A DNA stretch of 64,000 nucleotides, taken from an uncultured Acidimicrobiales bacterium. Lineage in GTDB: Bacteria; Actinomycetota; Acidimicrobiia; Acidimicrobiales; RAAP-2. Made by a program: the position numbers and the translations under genes. Every line of letters starts with the position of its first letter. Position 1 is the first letter of the stretch. The notes below the pieces were generated by a model. It did no database searches. It was given only the letters and a program-made list of their open reading frames with translations, and was not told where the DNA came from. Shown here in pieces: positions 37,888-48,262 of the stretch. The stretch is taken from positions 3,963 through 67,962 of the forward strand of contig CAVUGU010000031.1 of NCBI GenBank assembly GCA_963741055.1. The letters run 5' to 3'.

Positions 37888-39397
37888 CTACCTGCTCCGC
37901 AACTCGCGTTTGAGCACCTTGCCCGACGGATTCCTCGGCAGCGCGTCGAGGAGGAAGACCTCCTTCGGGACCTTGTAGCGCGCGAGCTGATCACGGCAGT
38001 GTTCGAGGAGCGCCTCGGGCGGGACGGACGCACCCTGCCGGAGGACGACGAACGCAACCGGAACCTCGCCCCAGCGATCGTCGGGTCGGCCCACCACCGC
38101 GGCCTCGAGCACTGCGTCGTGCTCGTAGAGCACGCGCTCGACCTCGGAGCCTGCGATGTTCTCGCCGCCCGAGACGATCATGTCCTTCAACCGGTCGACG
38201 ATGAACAGGTAGCCGTCCTCGTCGCGGAGACCGACGTCTCCGGTGTGGAACCAGCCTCCGGCGAAGGCGGTTCGCCGTGGCGTCGGGGTCTCGCCAGTAG
38301 CCCTTGAAGACCTTGGGGCCACGCAGGACGATCTCGCCGCGTTCACCGGGAGCGACCGAGCTCCCTTGCTCGTCCCAGACGTCGAGCTCGAGGTAGAGGC
38401 AGGGACGGCCCACGCTGCCGAGCTTGGTCACGATGCTGTCGCGGTCGAGGAAGGTGTCGCCGGAAACCGTCTCGGTGAGACCGTAGGCGTCGGCGAACCA
38501 CGCCGAGGGAAACGTCCGCTGGATCCGCTCGATGAGCGGGATCGGCATCTTCTCGCCACCGTTGATGATCAGCCGCACCGACGAGAGGTCGCGCTCCTCG
38601 ATGCCGGGGAGGGCCATGATCGCGGTGACCATGGCGGGCGCCAGCCAGACCGTGGTCGCCTTCGACCCTTCGAGCTCGTCGACCACCGCGGACGCATCGA
38701 AGGACCGGTGGATGATCGTCGTCGCACCGGCCGCGATCAGCGAGGTGGTGGTGAGGTCGAGTGCGCCCACGTGGTACAGGGGCCCGCAGGCGAGTCCCAC
38801 ATCGGCGTCGGTGAAGCCGAACTCGACGATGTGCGCGAGGTTCTTCCACGCCAGATTGGCGTGGGTGATCATGACGCCCTTCGGACGCCCGGTGGTCCCC
38901 GAGGTGTACATGAGCCGATGGACGTCGTCGCCGGCCGCCCGCACCGGAGTCGAGTCGCCCGCCCTCGCCCGCACCTCGGTGAGCGGGAGCCAACCAGGGT
39001 GCGCGGATCCCGAGATGGAGATGCGAGTGAGCGAGGCCTCCATCCCCTTGGTCGCCTCGTCGGCGACCTCGACCAGCGTTCCGTCGCACACGAGGGCGCG
39101 GGCGCGAGAGTGCTCCAGGATGTAGCGCACCTCGGGCGCGGCCAGCCGCCAGTTGATCGGCATCGCGATCGCACCGAGGTAGTTGGCGGCGAACACCACC
39201 TCGAGGAACTCCGGACAGTTGTAGGAGAGGAGACCCACGACGTCGCCGGCTGCGACGCCTCGTTCCTCCATGCCCCGAGCCAGCGCGGCCGCGCGCACGG
39301 CCATCTCCCCGTAGGTGGTGGTCTCACCCTCGAACACCGTGATCGCCTTATCGGGCGTGCGGGTCGCGTGGTGGGCGAGGACGGCGAACCAATTCAT
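37888..39397 (-). CDS. AMP-dependent acyl-CoA synthetase (FadD-like); one frame break near 38270
   Basis: MYTSGTTGRPKGV, DAYGLTET, then in the other frame GGWFHTGDVG, IVSGGENIAGSEVE, PRNPSGKVLK. Confidence 0.85.
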
Positions 39398-39457
39398 GTC
39401 CGCCGACCTCGGCGGTGAGAGCGTCACGGCCCGGACCTCACGACGTCGATCACGGAG

Positions 39458-39475
39458 TTGTACCGACCAGTCATG
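39458..39475. promoter_or_regulatory. Operator-like motif copy 1: TTGTACCGACCAGTCATG
   Basis: Lies in the divergent spacer between the acyl-CoA ligase (start 39397, minus) and the TetR gene (start 39514, plus). Confidence 0.55.
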
Positions 39476-39513
39476 CTATCGATCCACCCCTGGTAGAGCT
39501 AGCGTCGCTCCCG

Positions 39514-40132
39514 ATGCCGCGAACCGAAGGCGAGTCACGGCGCAGGGCGAACTGGGAGGTCCGTCGCCAAGCGATCGTCGACACCTCCGCCCGCGTCTTC
39601 GCCCAGCGGGGCTACCACGCGACCGGCATCACCGAGCTCTGCGCCGCCAACGACCTGGGCAAGGGTGCGCTGTACCACTACATCGGCTCGAAGGAGGAGC
39701 TGCTCGCCTCCATCCACGATCGGGTGATGGACGAGGTGATGGCGGGGGCGGACCGGGTGGCCGAGGCAGGGGGTTCGCCATCCGTGCAGATCGCCCTCCA
39801 CGGCGACGAGCTGCTCGACGTGATCCATCGCTACCCGGACCACGTCTGGGTCTTCCTGCACGAGTTCCCCGCCCTCACCGGGGAGCGGGCGGAGAAGTTC
39901 CGCGGGAGGCGCCGTGAGTACGAGCGGCGCATCGAGACGGTCCTGCAGGCGGGCGTCGAGTCGGGCGAGTTCCGCCAGCTCGAACCGAGGCTCACCGCTG
40001 CTGGCCTGGCTCGGGATGCACAACTACACGTACCTGTGGCTGAAGGCCGGCGGCCCGTTGACGGCCCGGGACGTGGCGAAGCCCTTCGCCGAGATCTTCA
40101 TGCGAGGCATCTCCGCCGAGGGTCACGGGTAA
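39514..40132 (+). CDS. TetR-family transcriptional regulator; one frame break near 39998
   Basis: HTH: RQAIVDTSARVFAQRGYHATGITELCAANDLGKGALYHYIGSKEELL. The C-terminus continues in ORF 39914..40132 (AWLGMHNYTYLWLK...FMRGISAEGHG). Confidence 0.75.
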
Positions 40133-40137
40133 TCCGT

Positions 40138-40884
40138 TCAAGGGGCCGAGTACCCGCCGTCCACCACGATCGCCGACCCGGTGGTCCAGCGCGACGCGTC
40201 GCTCGCGAGATAGGAGTAGGCGCCGACCAGGTCGTCGGCCGAGCCGAGACCGAGGGGATGCCGAGCGGCGACGGCCTCGAGCGCCTCTTCGGGAAGGTCG
40301 TCGTGGATGGCGGAGCGGAAGGTCCCCGGGCACACGCAGTTGACCCGGATGCCGTCGCGGGCGTACTCGAGCGCCGCGACCTTTGCCAGCTGGATCACCG
40401 CGGCCTTCGTCGCGCAGTAAGGGGCTGCGTGCGACCACGCGGTCAACCCGGCCACCGACGCGGTGAGCACGATCGAACCGGAGTGCTGCGGGCGCATGAC
40501 GGCCACCGCGGCACGGATCGCGTTGACCGACCCCAGGAGATTGGTCCGGAACGCCCGTTCCCACTCCTCGGTGGCGAGATTGTGGATGCGGCCGTTCGAC
40601 GAGAGCACGCCCGCGTTGCTGATCAACACGTCGAGACGGCCCCATCTCTCCGTCGCCACCGCCACCACCGATTCCACCGCGGCCAGGTCGCCCACGTCCG
40701 CGAGCACGGTCTCGACCGATCCCTCGGTCGAGGGAAGCCCGGCGACGCTCGCCTCGAGCGAGGGCGCACTCACGTCGCTCAGCACGAGGTCGGTGCCGGG
40801 CTCGCTCGCGAGACGGCGCGAGATCGCCGCTCCGAGTGCCCCGCCGGCGCCGGTGATCGCGACGACTCGTCGCGAATCGCTCAC
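40138..40884 (-). CDS. SDR-family oxidoreductase
   Basis: TGAGGALG, NAG, and the catalytic S...YxxxK (YCATKAA). The GTG start overlaps the upstream stop (GTGA). Confidence 0.85.
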   Translation of the reverse strand: MSDSRRVVAITGAGGALGAAISRRLASEPGTDLVLSDVSAPSLEASVAGLPSTEGSVETVLADVGDLAAVESVVAVATERWGRLDVLISNAGVLSSNGRIHNLATEEWERAFRTNLLGSVNAIRAAVAVMRPQHSGSIVLTASVAGLTAWSHAAPYCATKAAVIQLAKVAALEYARDGIRVNCVCPGTFRSAIHDDLPEEALEAVAARHPLGLGSADDLVGAYSYLASDASRWTTGSAIVVDGGYSAP

Positions 40885-41660
40885 GCGAGCAGGTAGCCAC
40901 CGTCGACGGTGAGCACCGCTCCGGTGACGAATGCGGACGCGTCGGACGCGAGGAACTGGTAGGCACCGGCCAGATCCACCGGAGCTCCGAAGCGCCGCTG
41001 GGCGGTGTGCTCGGTGATCGAGGCAGAACGCTCGGGGTGGGTGATCCAGTTCTGGGCCATCGGAGACTCGAACCATCCCGGCGCGACGACGTTCACGGTG
41101 ATCCCGGCCGGAGCCAGGTCGAGCGCGAGCCCCTTGGCCATCCCGACCAGCCCGGCCTTCGAGGTGCTGTAAGCGGTCAGTCCCTCACGGGGCCGCTCAC
41201 CGAGGACGGAGCCGGTGAAGATGAGCCGCCCACCTTCGGTCATGACCCGGGACGCCGCACGCGCACCGAGAAAAGAGCCGGTGAGGTTCACCTCGAGGAC
41301 CTGCCGCCAGACCGACGCGCCCGTCTCACGGGGACCGGCCACCACCGGCGAGATGCCCGCGTTGCAGATCCACACGTCGACGCCGCCCCACTCTCCGACC
41401 GTGGCGTCGGCCACCGCCTCGTTGAAGTCCTCGTCGGTCACGTCTCCGCTCAGCACGAGGGACGGTCCGGGCAGCATCCCTGCGACCGTCTTCAAGTCCT
41501 TCTCGGTGCGGGCGACCAGCGCGACCGATGCTCCGGCGTCCGAGAACCCGTGCGCGAGCAGAGCGCCGAGGCCCCGACTGGCGCCGGTGATTACCACCCG
41601 TTTCCCCGCCACCGCCCCGGGGCGCGGGAACGACTCGGGGATCTCGATCTGGTCGGCCAT
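40881..41660 (-). CDS. SDR-family oxidoreductase
   Basis: ITGASRGLG, CNAG, YSTSKAG, in an intact 259-aa frame. Confidence 0.85.
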   Translation of the reverse strand: MADQIEIPESFPRPGAVAGKRVVITGASRGLGALLAHGFSDAGASVALVARTEKDLKTVAGMLPGPSLVLSGDVTDEDFNEAVADATVGEWGGVDVWICNAGISPVVAGPRETGASVWRQVLEVNLTGSFLGARAASRVMTEGGRLIFTGSVLGERPREGLTAYSTSKAGLVGMAKGLALDLAPAGITVNVVAPGWFESPMAQNWITHPERSASITEHTAQRRFGAPVDLAGAYQFLASDASAFVTGAVLTVDGGYLLA

Positions 41661-41675
41661 CGCCTCTTCCCTGCT

Positions 41676-41693
41676 TTGTACCGATCAGTACAA
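41676..41693. promoter_or_regulatory. Operator-like motif copy 2: TTGTACCGATCAGTACAA (near-perfect palindrome)
   Basis: Lies in the 42-bp divergent spacer between the SDR operon (start 41660, minus) and the E1 alpha/beta gene (start 41703, plus). Confidence 0.6.
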
Positions 41694-41702
41694 TACACAT
41701 CC

Positions 41703-43695
41703 GTGACGGCCAGCCCCTCTTCTCCCTCGGGTTTCTCGGCGGCCGACCTCGTCGAGATGCACCGCCGGATGCTGCTGATCCGAGGCTTCGAGGAACGGGT
41801 TGCCTCGCTCTACCGCGACGGCGAGATCCCGGGATTCGTGCACCTCTCGATCGGACAGGAGGCCGCTGCCGTCGGCGCGTGCTGGCCGCTCCACCCCGCG
41901 GACGTCATCACCTCCACCCACCGCGGGCACGGGCACTGCATCGCGAAGGGGCTCGACCCGCTCGGGATGTTCGCCGAGCTGATGGGGAAACAGCAGGGGA
42001 CCAACCGTGGGCGGGGTGGTTCGATGCACATCGCCGACCCGAAGCTCGGCATCTTCGGAGCCAACGGGATCGTGGCCGCCGGACTCCCCATCGCGACCGG
42101 AGCGGCCACCGCCTCCCTTCTGCGGGCCGACCGCAGCGTCGCAGTGGCCTTCTTCGGCGACGGCGCGCCGGCACAGGGCGCCTTCCACGAGGCGGTCAAC
42201 CTGGCCGCCCTCTGGCAGCTGCCGGTGATCTTCTTCTGCGAGAACAACGGCTACGCCGAGTTCTCCCCGGTCGAGACCCAGCACGCGACCTCGCTCGAAC
42301 AACGCGCCGCCGGCTACGGGATCCCCTATCTCGCGGTCGACGGCAACGACGTCGAGGCGACCGCCGCCACGATGGAGGACGCGGTCCTCGCCGCACGAGC
42401 CGGACGCGGACCTTCGATCGTCGAAGCGACCACCTACCGCTGGCACGGCCACTACGAAGGCGATCCGGAGCGCTACCGCTCGCAAGAGGAGGTCGGCGAG
42501 TGGGCGACTCGCGACCCGCTGCGCAACCACGCCGCCCGACTCCGCGAGGCCGGTGTCGGCGACGACGAGGTCAAGGCCCTCGAGGCGTCGGTCGCCGACG
42601 AGCTCGACCGCGCGGTCGAGGCCGCGCGGCGGTTCACCCCACCGGACGCCGCCTCCCTCACCGACTTCGTCGTCCGCGCGAGACCGGCGCGTGCCGAACC
42701 GCTCCCACCCGGGGCCGACGCGCCGACCTTCCGCACGATGGACGCGATCCGCACCGCCCTCGAAGCCGAGCTCGAAGCTGACGAGAGGGTGTTCGTCGCC
42801 GGTATCGACGTCGGCGAAGGTGGCAACGTCTTCGGCCTCACCCGCGGGCTCGCCGACCGCTTCGGCGCTCGTGTCCGCGACACGCCGATATCGGAGACGG
42901 CGATCGTCGGACTCGGCGTCGGCGCGGCCATGGCCGGGATGCGTCCGGTCGTCGAGCTCATGTACCTCGACTTCCTCGGTGTCTGTTTCGACCAGCTGCT
43001 CAACCAGGCGGCGAAGCTGCCGTTCATGACCGGTGGGGCTGCCGAGATGGGGCTCACCGTTCGGACCCAGTTCGGCGCGGGGCGCTCCTCGGGAAGCCAG
43101 CACTCCCAGAGCCTCGAGGTACTGCTGGCGCACATCCCGGGCTTGAGCGTCGTGATGCCCTCGACGCCGGCCGACACCTACGGCCTCCTCCGCGCCGCGA
43201 TCCAGGACCCGAACCCGGTCGTCGTCATCGAGAACCGGTTGCTCTACGGGATGAAAGGGCCCCAACCCCCGCCCGAGTACGTCGTCCCGATCGGTGTCTC
43301 GACGGTGGTGCGGGCGGGGACGGACGCGACGGTCGTCTCGGTCTCGCGCATGGTCCACGAGGCGGTCGCCGCGGCCGAGCTGCGTCGCTGCCGAGGGAAT
43401 CTCGGTCGAGGTGATCGACTTGAGGACGGTGGCTCCGCTCGACGTGACGCCGGTGCTCGACTCGGTGCGCAAGACCAGCCGCCTGCTCGTCGCCCACGAG
43501 GCGGTGGTCCCCTTCGGCATCGGCGCCGAACTGGTGGCCACGGTCGCCAAGGAGGCGTTCTGGGATCTCGACGCGCCGGTCGAGCGCCTGGGAGCGGTCG
43601 CGACGCCGCCTCCCTATGCGCCCGAGCTCGAAGCGGCGTGGCTCCCGGATCGCCACGACATCGCGACGGCCGTCCGCCGCCTGGTGAGGGTGTAG
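41703..43695 (+). CDS. Fused 2-oxoacid (acetoin/pyruvate/BCKA-type) dehydrogenase E1 alpha-beta, TPP-dependent; one frame break near 43385
   Basis: Alpha part: GFVHLSIGQEA, GGSMH, GDGAPAQGAFHEAVNLAALWQLPVIFFCENNGYA. Linker. Beta part: RVFVAGIDVG, DTPISE, SQHSQSLE. The C-terminal part AAEGISVEVIDLRTVAPLD is in ORF 43294..43695. Confidence 0.8.
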
Positions 43696-43696
43696 C

Positions 43697-44845
43697 TCAG
43701 CAGCCCAGCTGTCGTGCGATCACCAGGTGCTGGATCTCGTTGGTCCCTTCACCGATCTCGAGGACCTTCGCGTCGCAGTAGAAGCGGGCGACCGGCGACT
43801 CGAGCATGTAGCCGAGCCCACCATGGATCTGCACTGCCTCGGAGGCCGCCCACGTGGCGACGCGGCTCGCCTTCAACTTGGCCATGGCCGCCTCCTTGCT
43901 GAACGGCTGGCCGCTGTCGCGCAGGTACGCAGCCCGGTAGGTGAGCCACCGCGCCGCCTCGAGCTCGGTCGCCATGTCCGCGAGCTTGAACTGCACCGAC
44001 TGGAACTTCGAGATCGGCTGGCCGAACTGGACCCGTTCCCGTGCGTACGCGGACGCCATGTCGAGCACGGCCTGGGTCAGGCTGAGGGAGAGCGCGGCGA
44101 TGGAGATCCGCCCGACCTCGAGGGTGCGCAGGAACTGGGTCAGCCCGAGGTCGGGATCGCCGAGGAGGTGCTCGTCGGGCACCCACACGTCGTCGAGGTA
44201 CAGGTCGCGGGTGTCGAGACCCCGCCATCCGATGCCACGCATCTTCGAACCCATGGTGAAGCCGGGGGTGTCCCGCTCGACGACGAAGCTCGCGAACCGC
44301 GACTCACCCGCCTCCGACGGCTCGAGCCGCGCGAGCAGCGTCACTCCGAAGGACATGTCGGTTCCCGCGTTGGAGATGAACGTCTTCCGGCCGTTCAGCA
44401 GCCAACCGCCGTCCTTGCGCTCGGCGCGGGTGCGGATCCCGCGTGCGTCCGAGCCGGCGTCGGGCTCGGTGAGGCCGAAGGAGCCGAGCACCCGACCCTC
44501 CGCGAGCGGTCGGAGCCACCGCTCCCGCTGCGGGTCGCTGCCGAACAGGAGCAGCGGCAGCGAACCGATGGTGACGTGCGCCTGCCATGCGGCGGCCACC
44601 GACTGGTCGGCGAGGCCGATCTGTTCCATGGCCGCGACGAATCCGACCGTCGACATGCCGATCCCACCCCACTCCTCGGGGACGAGGATGCCGAGCAGGC
44701 CGAGCTCTCCCATCTCGCGAAGAAGATCGGTCGGGCAGCGCTCCTCCTCCCAGGCTCGCGGCGCTCGGGACGCGATCTCCCGCTGCGCGAACTCGCGGCA
44801 GAGTGCGGCGAGCTCCCGCTCCGACTCCCCGAGCGAGAGGTCCAT
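43697..44845 (-). CDS. Acyl-CoA dehydrogenase
   Basis: FGLTEPDAGSD, RKTFISNAG, QIHGGLGY, with the C-terminal catalytic Glu region (EIGEGTNEIQ). Confidence 0.9.
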   Translation of the reverse strand: MDLSLGESERELAALCREFAQREIASRAPRAWEEERCPTDLLREMGELGLLGILVPEEWGGIGMSTVGFVAAMEQIGLADQSVAAAWQAHVTIGSLPLLLFGSDPQRERWLRPLAEGRVLGSFGLTEPDAGSDARGIRTRAERKDGGWLLNGRKTFISNAGTDMSFGVTLLARLEPSEAGESRFASFVVERDTPGFTMGSKMRGIGWRGLDTRDLYLDDVWVPDEHLLGDPDLGLTQFLRTLEVGRISIAALSLSLTQAVLDMASAYARERVQFGQPISKFQSVQFKLADMATELEAARWLTYRAAYLRDSGQPFSKEAAMAKLKASRVATWAASEAVQIHGGLGYMLESPVARFYCDAKVLEIGEGTNEIQHLVIARQLGC

Positions 44846-44849
44846 CGAC

Positions 44850-45799
44850 CTACGAGCCGGCCGGTCCGGCTGCGCCAGGGAGCAGGTGAGCCATGAACGC
44901 GGCCGACCAACCGCTCAGGTCGGGCGGGAGGTAGTAGCCGGTCTCGTCGTTGATCTCGGCCCAGTGCTCGGCGACGTCTTCGACGGTCGGATCGCGCGTG
45001 GTCTGCACGTATCCCTCGGTCGAGGCGAGGAAGATCCGCGCGAAGCGGCCTGCGCCGGCCGCGTAGATCTCGCCGCTGACCGGACACGATTCGTGCGAGA
45101 GGAAGGCGACCATCGGGGCGACCAGCTCGGGGGACATCTGCGGCGGCTCCGACCCCGCTCCGGACGAGCCGCCTGTCGGCGGGCGGCCCGCCCCGCCATC
45201 CGGGTGAAGGCGGCGGGCGCGATGAGATTGACCTTGATGCCCTTCGGGGCGCCCGCGGTGGTGAGGCTACGGGTCATGCCGACCACCGCAGCCTTGGCGG
45301 TGGCGTAGGAGACGTTGTTGGGCAGCCCGAACATCCCGCTCGAGGTGGTCATGACGATGCGGCCGTACTCTTGCTCGACCATGTAGGGCCACGCGGAGCG
45401 GGCGGTGAGAAAGGACCCGACCACGTGCACCGCGAGGTGCTGCGCGAGGTTCTCCTGGTCGGCCTCGGGCGGGCCGGCCCAGCGGATGATGCCGGCGTTG
45501 TTGACCAGCACGTCGAGACGGCCGAAGTGCTCGAGCGCGGTTTCGATCAGGGTCTGCGCCCCCGTTGCGGTGGCCACGTCGCTGTGGTCGGCGACCGCCT
45601 CGCCACCGGCGGCGACGATCTCACCGGACACCGCGTCGGCGACTCCGGTGTCCGCGCCCTTCCCGTCCATCGAACCGCCGAGGTCGTTGACCACCACGCG
45701 GGCGCCTCGCGCCGCGAGAAGGAGCGCATAGGCACGGCCGAGCCCGCGACCCGCTCCGGTGACGACGGCGACCCGCCCCTCGAACCGCAGGGGGTTCAG
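44850..45799 (-). CDS. SDR-family oxidoreductase (hydroxyacyl-CoA / hydroxysteroid dehydrogenase-like); one frame break near 45193; start unclear
   Basis: VTGAGRGLGRAYA, NNAG, YATAKAA, then after a G-run indel ...SPELVAPMVAFLSHESCPVSGE. The only start candidate is a CTG overlapping the upstream TGA. Confidence 0.7.
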
Positions 45800-47040
45800 G
45801 CGGCCACCGGGGCCTCGAACCCGAGCAGTCGGGCCAAGGTCCCACCGAGGATCGGTTCCCGCTCGGCGGCCGGTACGTCGGCGAACAGGTTGGCGATCAA
45901 CGCCTTGCTCCCGCGGAACGTGCCTTCGGCATGGGGGTAGTCGGCACCCCACACGATGGTCGAGAGCCCGGTGATGTGCCGCGAGGCCACCGCCACCGGA
46001 TCGTCCTGGAACGAGACGTGGAACTGACGCTCGACGTACTCGCTCGGCTTCAGGGGGTAGGGCCACTTCTCGTTGAGGCGGAACATCCGCGCCATCTGCG
46101 GCTGGTCGTCGTCGGGGCGATCGTTGTCCCAGAAGCCGAGCCACCAGTCGGCGTCTTGGCCGATCCCGGTCGCCCAGCACTTGTCCATGCTGCCGACGAG
46201 CGACGCGAGCCAGTGTGCGTGGAACTCGATGAGCGCGAAGTGGAGGTCGGGATACCGCTCGGGTACGCCTCCGCCGATCAGCTCGATGATGACTCTCGAG
46301 GGAATCATCGGACCGTAGACGCACTGGGTCACCATCCGCTGCGACGCAGACTTCTCGGTGATCGGCTTGTTGACCTCGGACGCCTGTCCCATCACCACCT
46401 TGAGCGTGGTGGACGCGGGATCGTCGACCTTCACCCCGCCGGTCTGGGAGTGCATGAACACGTGGACGCCGTTGGCCTGGGCGGCGGCCCAGACGGGATC
46501 GAACTCCCGTGAGTAGTAGGGCTTGGGCGGGATGGCCGGCAACAGGATCGCGCGGAACCCGGCCGCGGCCACCCGTTCGATTTCTGCGACCGCCTCCTCG
46601 ATGTCGGTCAAGGGAACCGGTGCGGTCGGAGCCAGCCTCCCGAAGTAGGGGGAGAAGCGCTCGATCACGTAGTCGTTGTAGACGCGGGCGTGAGCCATCG
46701 AGAGCTCGTGGTCGTCCGAGTAGAGCCCGAACAGCGAGAGATTCGGGTGCATCACCTGGGCGTCGATCCCGTCGAGGTCGAGGTCCTCGATGATGCGATC
46801 GGGATCGCCGGTGTTGGGCGACCCGTCGAAGTGCCGGAAGCGCGAGACGGTCCACCCCTCGAACCCCGGGGTGTGGAGGTGCCGGTAGTCGCGAGGGCCG
46901 CCCTCGGCGAGCGGCTCGACCTCGAAGTCCTCCTCCCAGACCGCGCGATCCCTCAGATGCTTCGGAAGGCGGGTCAGGAAGAGGTCGGTGGGCTCGAGGA
47001 TGTGCCCGTCCGCAGAGACGACAAGATCATGTTCTGTCAT
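45796..47040 (-). CDS. Amidohydrolase-2 (ACMSD/LigW-like) family metal-dependent hydrolase/decarboxylase
   Basis: VSADGHILEP (HxH-type start), DGIDAQVMHP, VFMHS, WGADYPHAEG, in an intact 414-aa frame. Confidence 0.75.
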   Translation of the reverse strand: MTEHDLVVSADGHILEPTDLFLTRLPKHLRDRAVWEEDFEVEPLAEGGPRDYRHLHTPGFEGWTVSRFRHFDGSPNTGDPDRIIEDLDLDGIDAQVMHPNLSLFGLYSDDHELSMAHARVYNDYVIERFSPYFGRLAPTAPVPLTDIEEAVAEIERVAAAGFRAILLPAIPPKPYYSREFDPVWAAAQANGVHVFMHSQTGGVKVDDPASTTLKVVMGQASEVNKPITEKSASQRMVTQCVYGPMIPSRVIIELIGGGVPERYPDLHFALIEFHAHWLASLVGSMDKCWATGIGQDADWWLGFWDNDRPDDDQPQMARMFRLNEKWPYPLKPSEYVERQFHVSFQDDPVAVASRHITGLSTIVWGADYPHAEGTFRGSKALIANLFADVPAAEREPILGGTLARLLGFEAPVAA

Positions 47041-47132
47041 CGTCGTGACCTTCCTACCTGAGACGATGTGCGTGCTCGAACCCGAACGCGGTCCCGCACC
47101 GGCTCACGATACCCCTACCGAGCGGAGACTAG

Positions 47133-47150
47133 ACCAACCGGTCGGTACAA
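47133..47150. promoter_or_regulatory. Operator-like motif copy 3 (reverse orientation): TTGTACCGACCGGTTGGT
   Basis: Lies in the divergent spacer between the amidohydrolase operon (start 47040, minus) and the cyclase-family gene (start 47207, plus). Confidence 0.55.
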
Positions 47151-47206
47151 GCAATGCTGGCAAGCGGCTCCGGAGACCGTGGGCGAGGGGCCGGAAGGAG
47201 ACCTAG

Positions 47207-48262
47207 GTGACCAAGCGGTGGCAGAGACGACCGGAGGGGTCGACCTGGGGGGACTGGGGTGACGACGACGAGCTCGGTCGGATCAACCTGCTCACGCCCG
47301 AGAAGGTCCTCGAAGGCGTGCGCGAGGTCGAGGCGGGCATCAGCTTCTGCCTGAGCCTCCCGCTCGACTACCCCGGAGGGATCGCGTTGAACCAGCGCCG
47401 GTACCCGCCGATGCTCGCACCGACCGAGGACATGCGCGGCAACCCGGGCACCTTCTACAACGTCCTCATGAGAGAGATGGACGAGGGTGACCCCCGCTAC
47501 GTCGACGTGTGGGCCGACGACGTGGTCACCCTCTCGCTCCAGTACTCGACGCAGTGGGACTCGCTCGCGCACGTCGGCGCCGAGTTCGACGCCGACGATG
47601 ACGGAACCGAGGAAGCCGTCTACTACAACGGATACCGCGCGGGGATCGATCTGGTCGGGCCGAGGCCCGACGCAGAAGGTGACGGCGGCCGCCACCTCTG
47701 CTTCGCGCACCACCTCGGGCTCGAGCACATGGCCTTCACCGGCGTGCAGGGCCGGGGCGTCCTGGTCGATGTGGCCCACCACCTCGGCCACGAGTGGCGG
47801 GCGGTCGACCGGCAGACCCTCGAGGAGATCATGGCGGTCGACAAGGTGGTCGTCGAGCCCGGCGACATGCTCCTCGTGCACACCGGGTTCGCCACGAAGG
47901 TCCTCGAGTGGGAGCGCGATCCGGACCCGGTGAAGATCCACACGATGTGCGCGTATCTCGACGCCCGGGACGACTCGCTGCTCCAGTGGATCACCGACTC
48001 CCAGATCTCCGCCTTGGTTGCCGACAACTACGCGGTCGAGGGGCTGCTCGGCCGGGATCGTGACCAGAGCCGGCACTCGTTCCTCCCGATCCACCACCAC
48101 TGTCTGTTCCGGCTCGGAATCCCCCTCGGGGAGATGTGGTACTTGCACGAGCTTGCCGCGTGGCTGCGCGAGCACGGTCGGAGCCGGTTCCTTCTGACCG
48201 CACCACCGCTCCGGCTTCCCGGAGCGGTGGGTTCACCGGTCACGCCGGTGGCGACGGTCTGA
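47207..48262 (+). CDS. Putative cyclase / kynurenine-formamidase-like metal hydrolase family protein
   Basis: GRINLLTPEKV, QWDSLAHVG, VLVD, LVHTGF, in an intact 351-aa frame. Confidence 0.7.
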   Translation: MTKRWQRRPEGSTWGDWGDDDELGRINLLTPEKVLEGVREVEAGISFCLSLPLDYPGGIALNQRRYPPMLAPTEDMRGNPGTFYNVLMREMDEGDPRYVDVWADDVVTLSLQYSTQWDSLAHVGAEFDADDDGTEEAVYYNGYRAGIDLVGPRPDAEGDGGRHLCFAHHLGLEHMAFTGVQGRGVLVDVAHHLGHEWRAVDRQTLEEIMAVDKVVVEPGDMLLVHTGFATKVLEWERDPDPVKIHTMCAYLDARDDSLLQWITDSQISALVADNYAVEGLLGRDRDQSRHSFLPIHHHCLFRLGIPLGEMWYLHELAAWLREHGRSRFLLTAPPLRLPGAVGSPVTPVATV

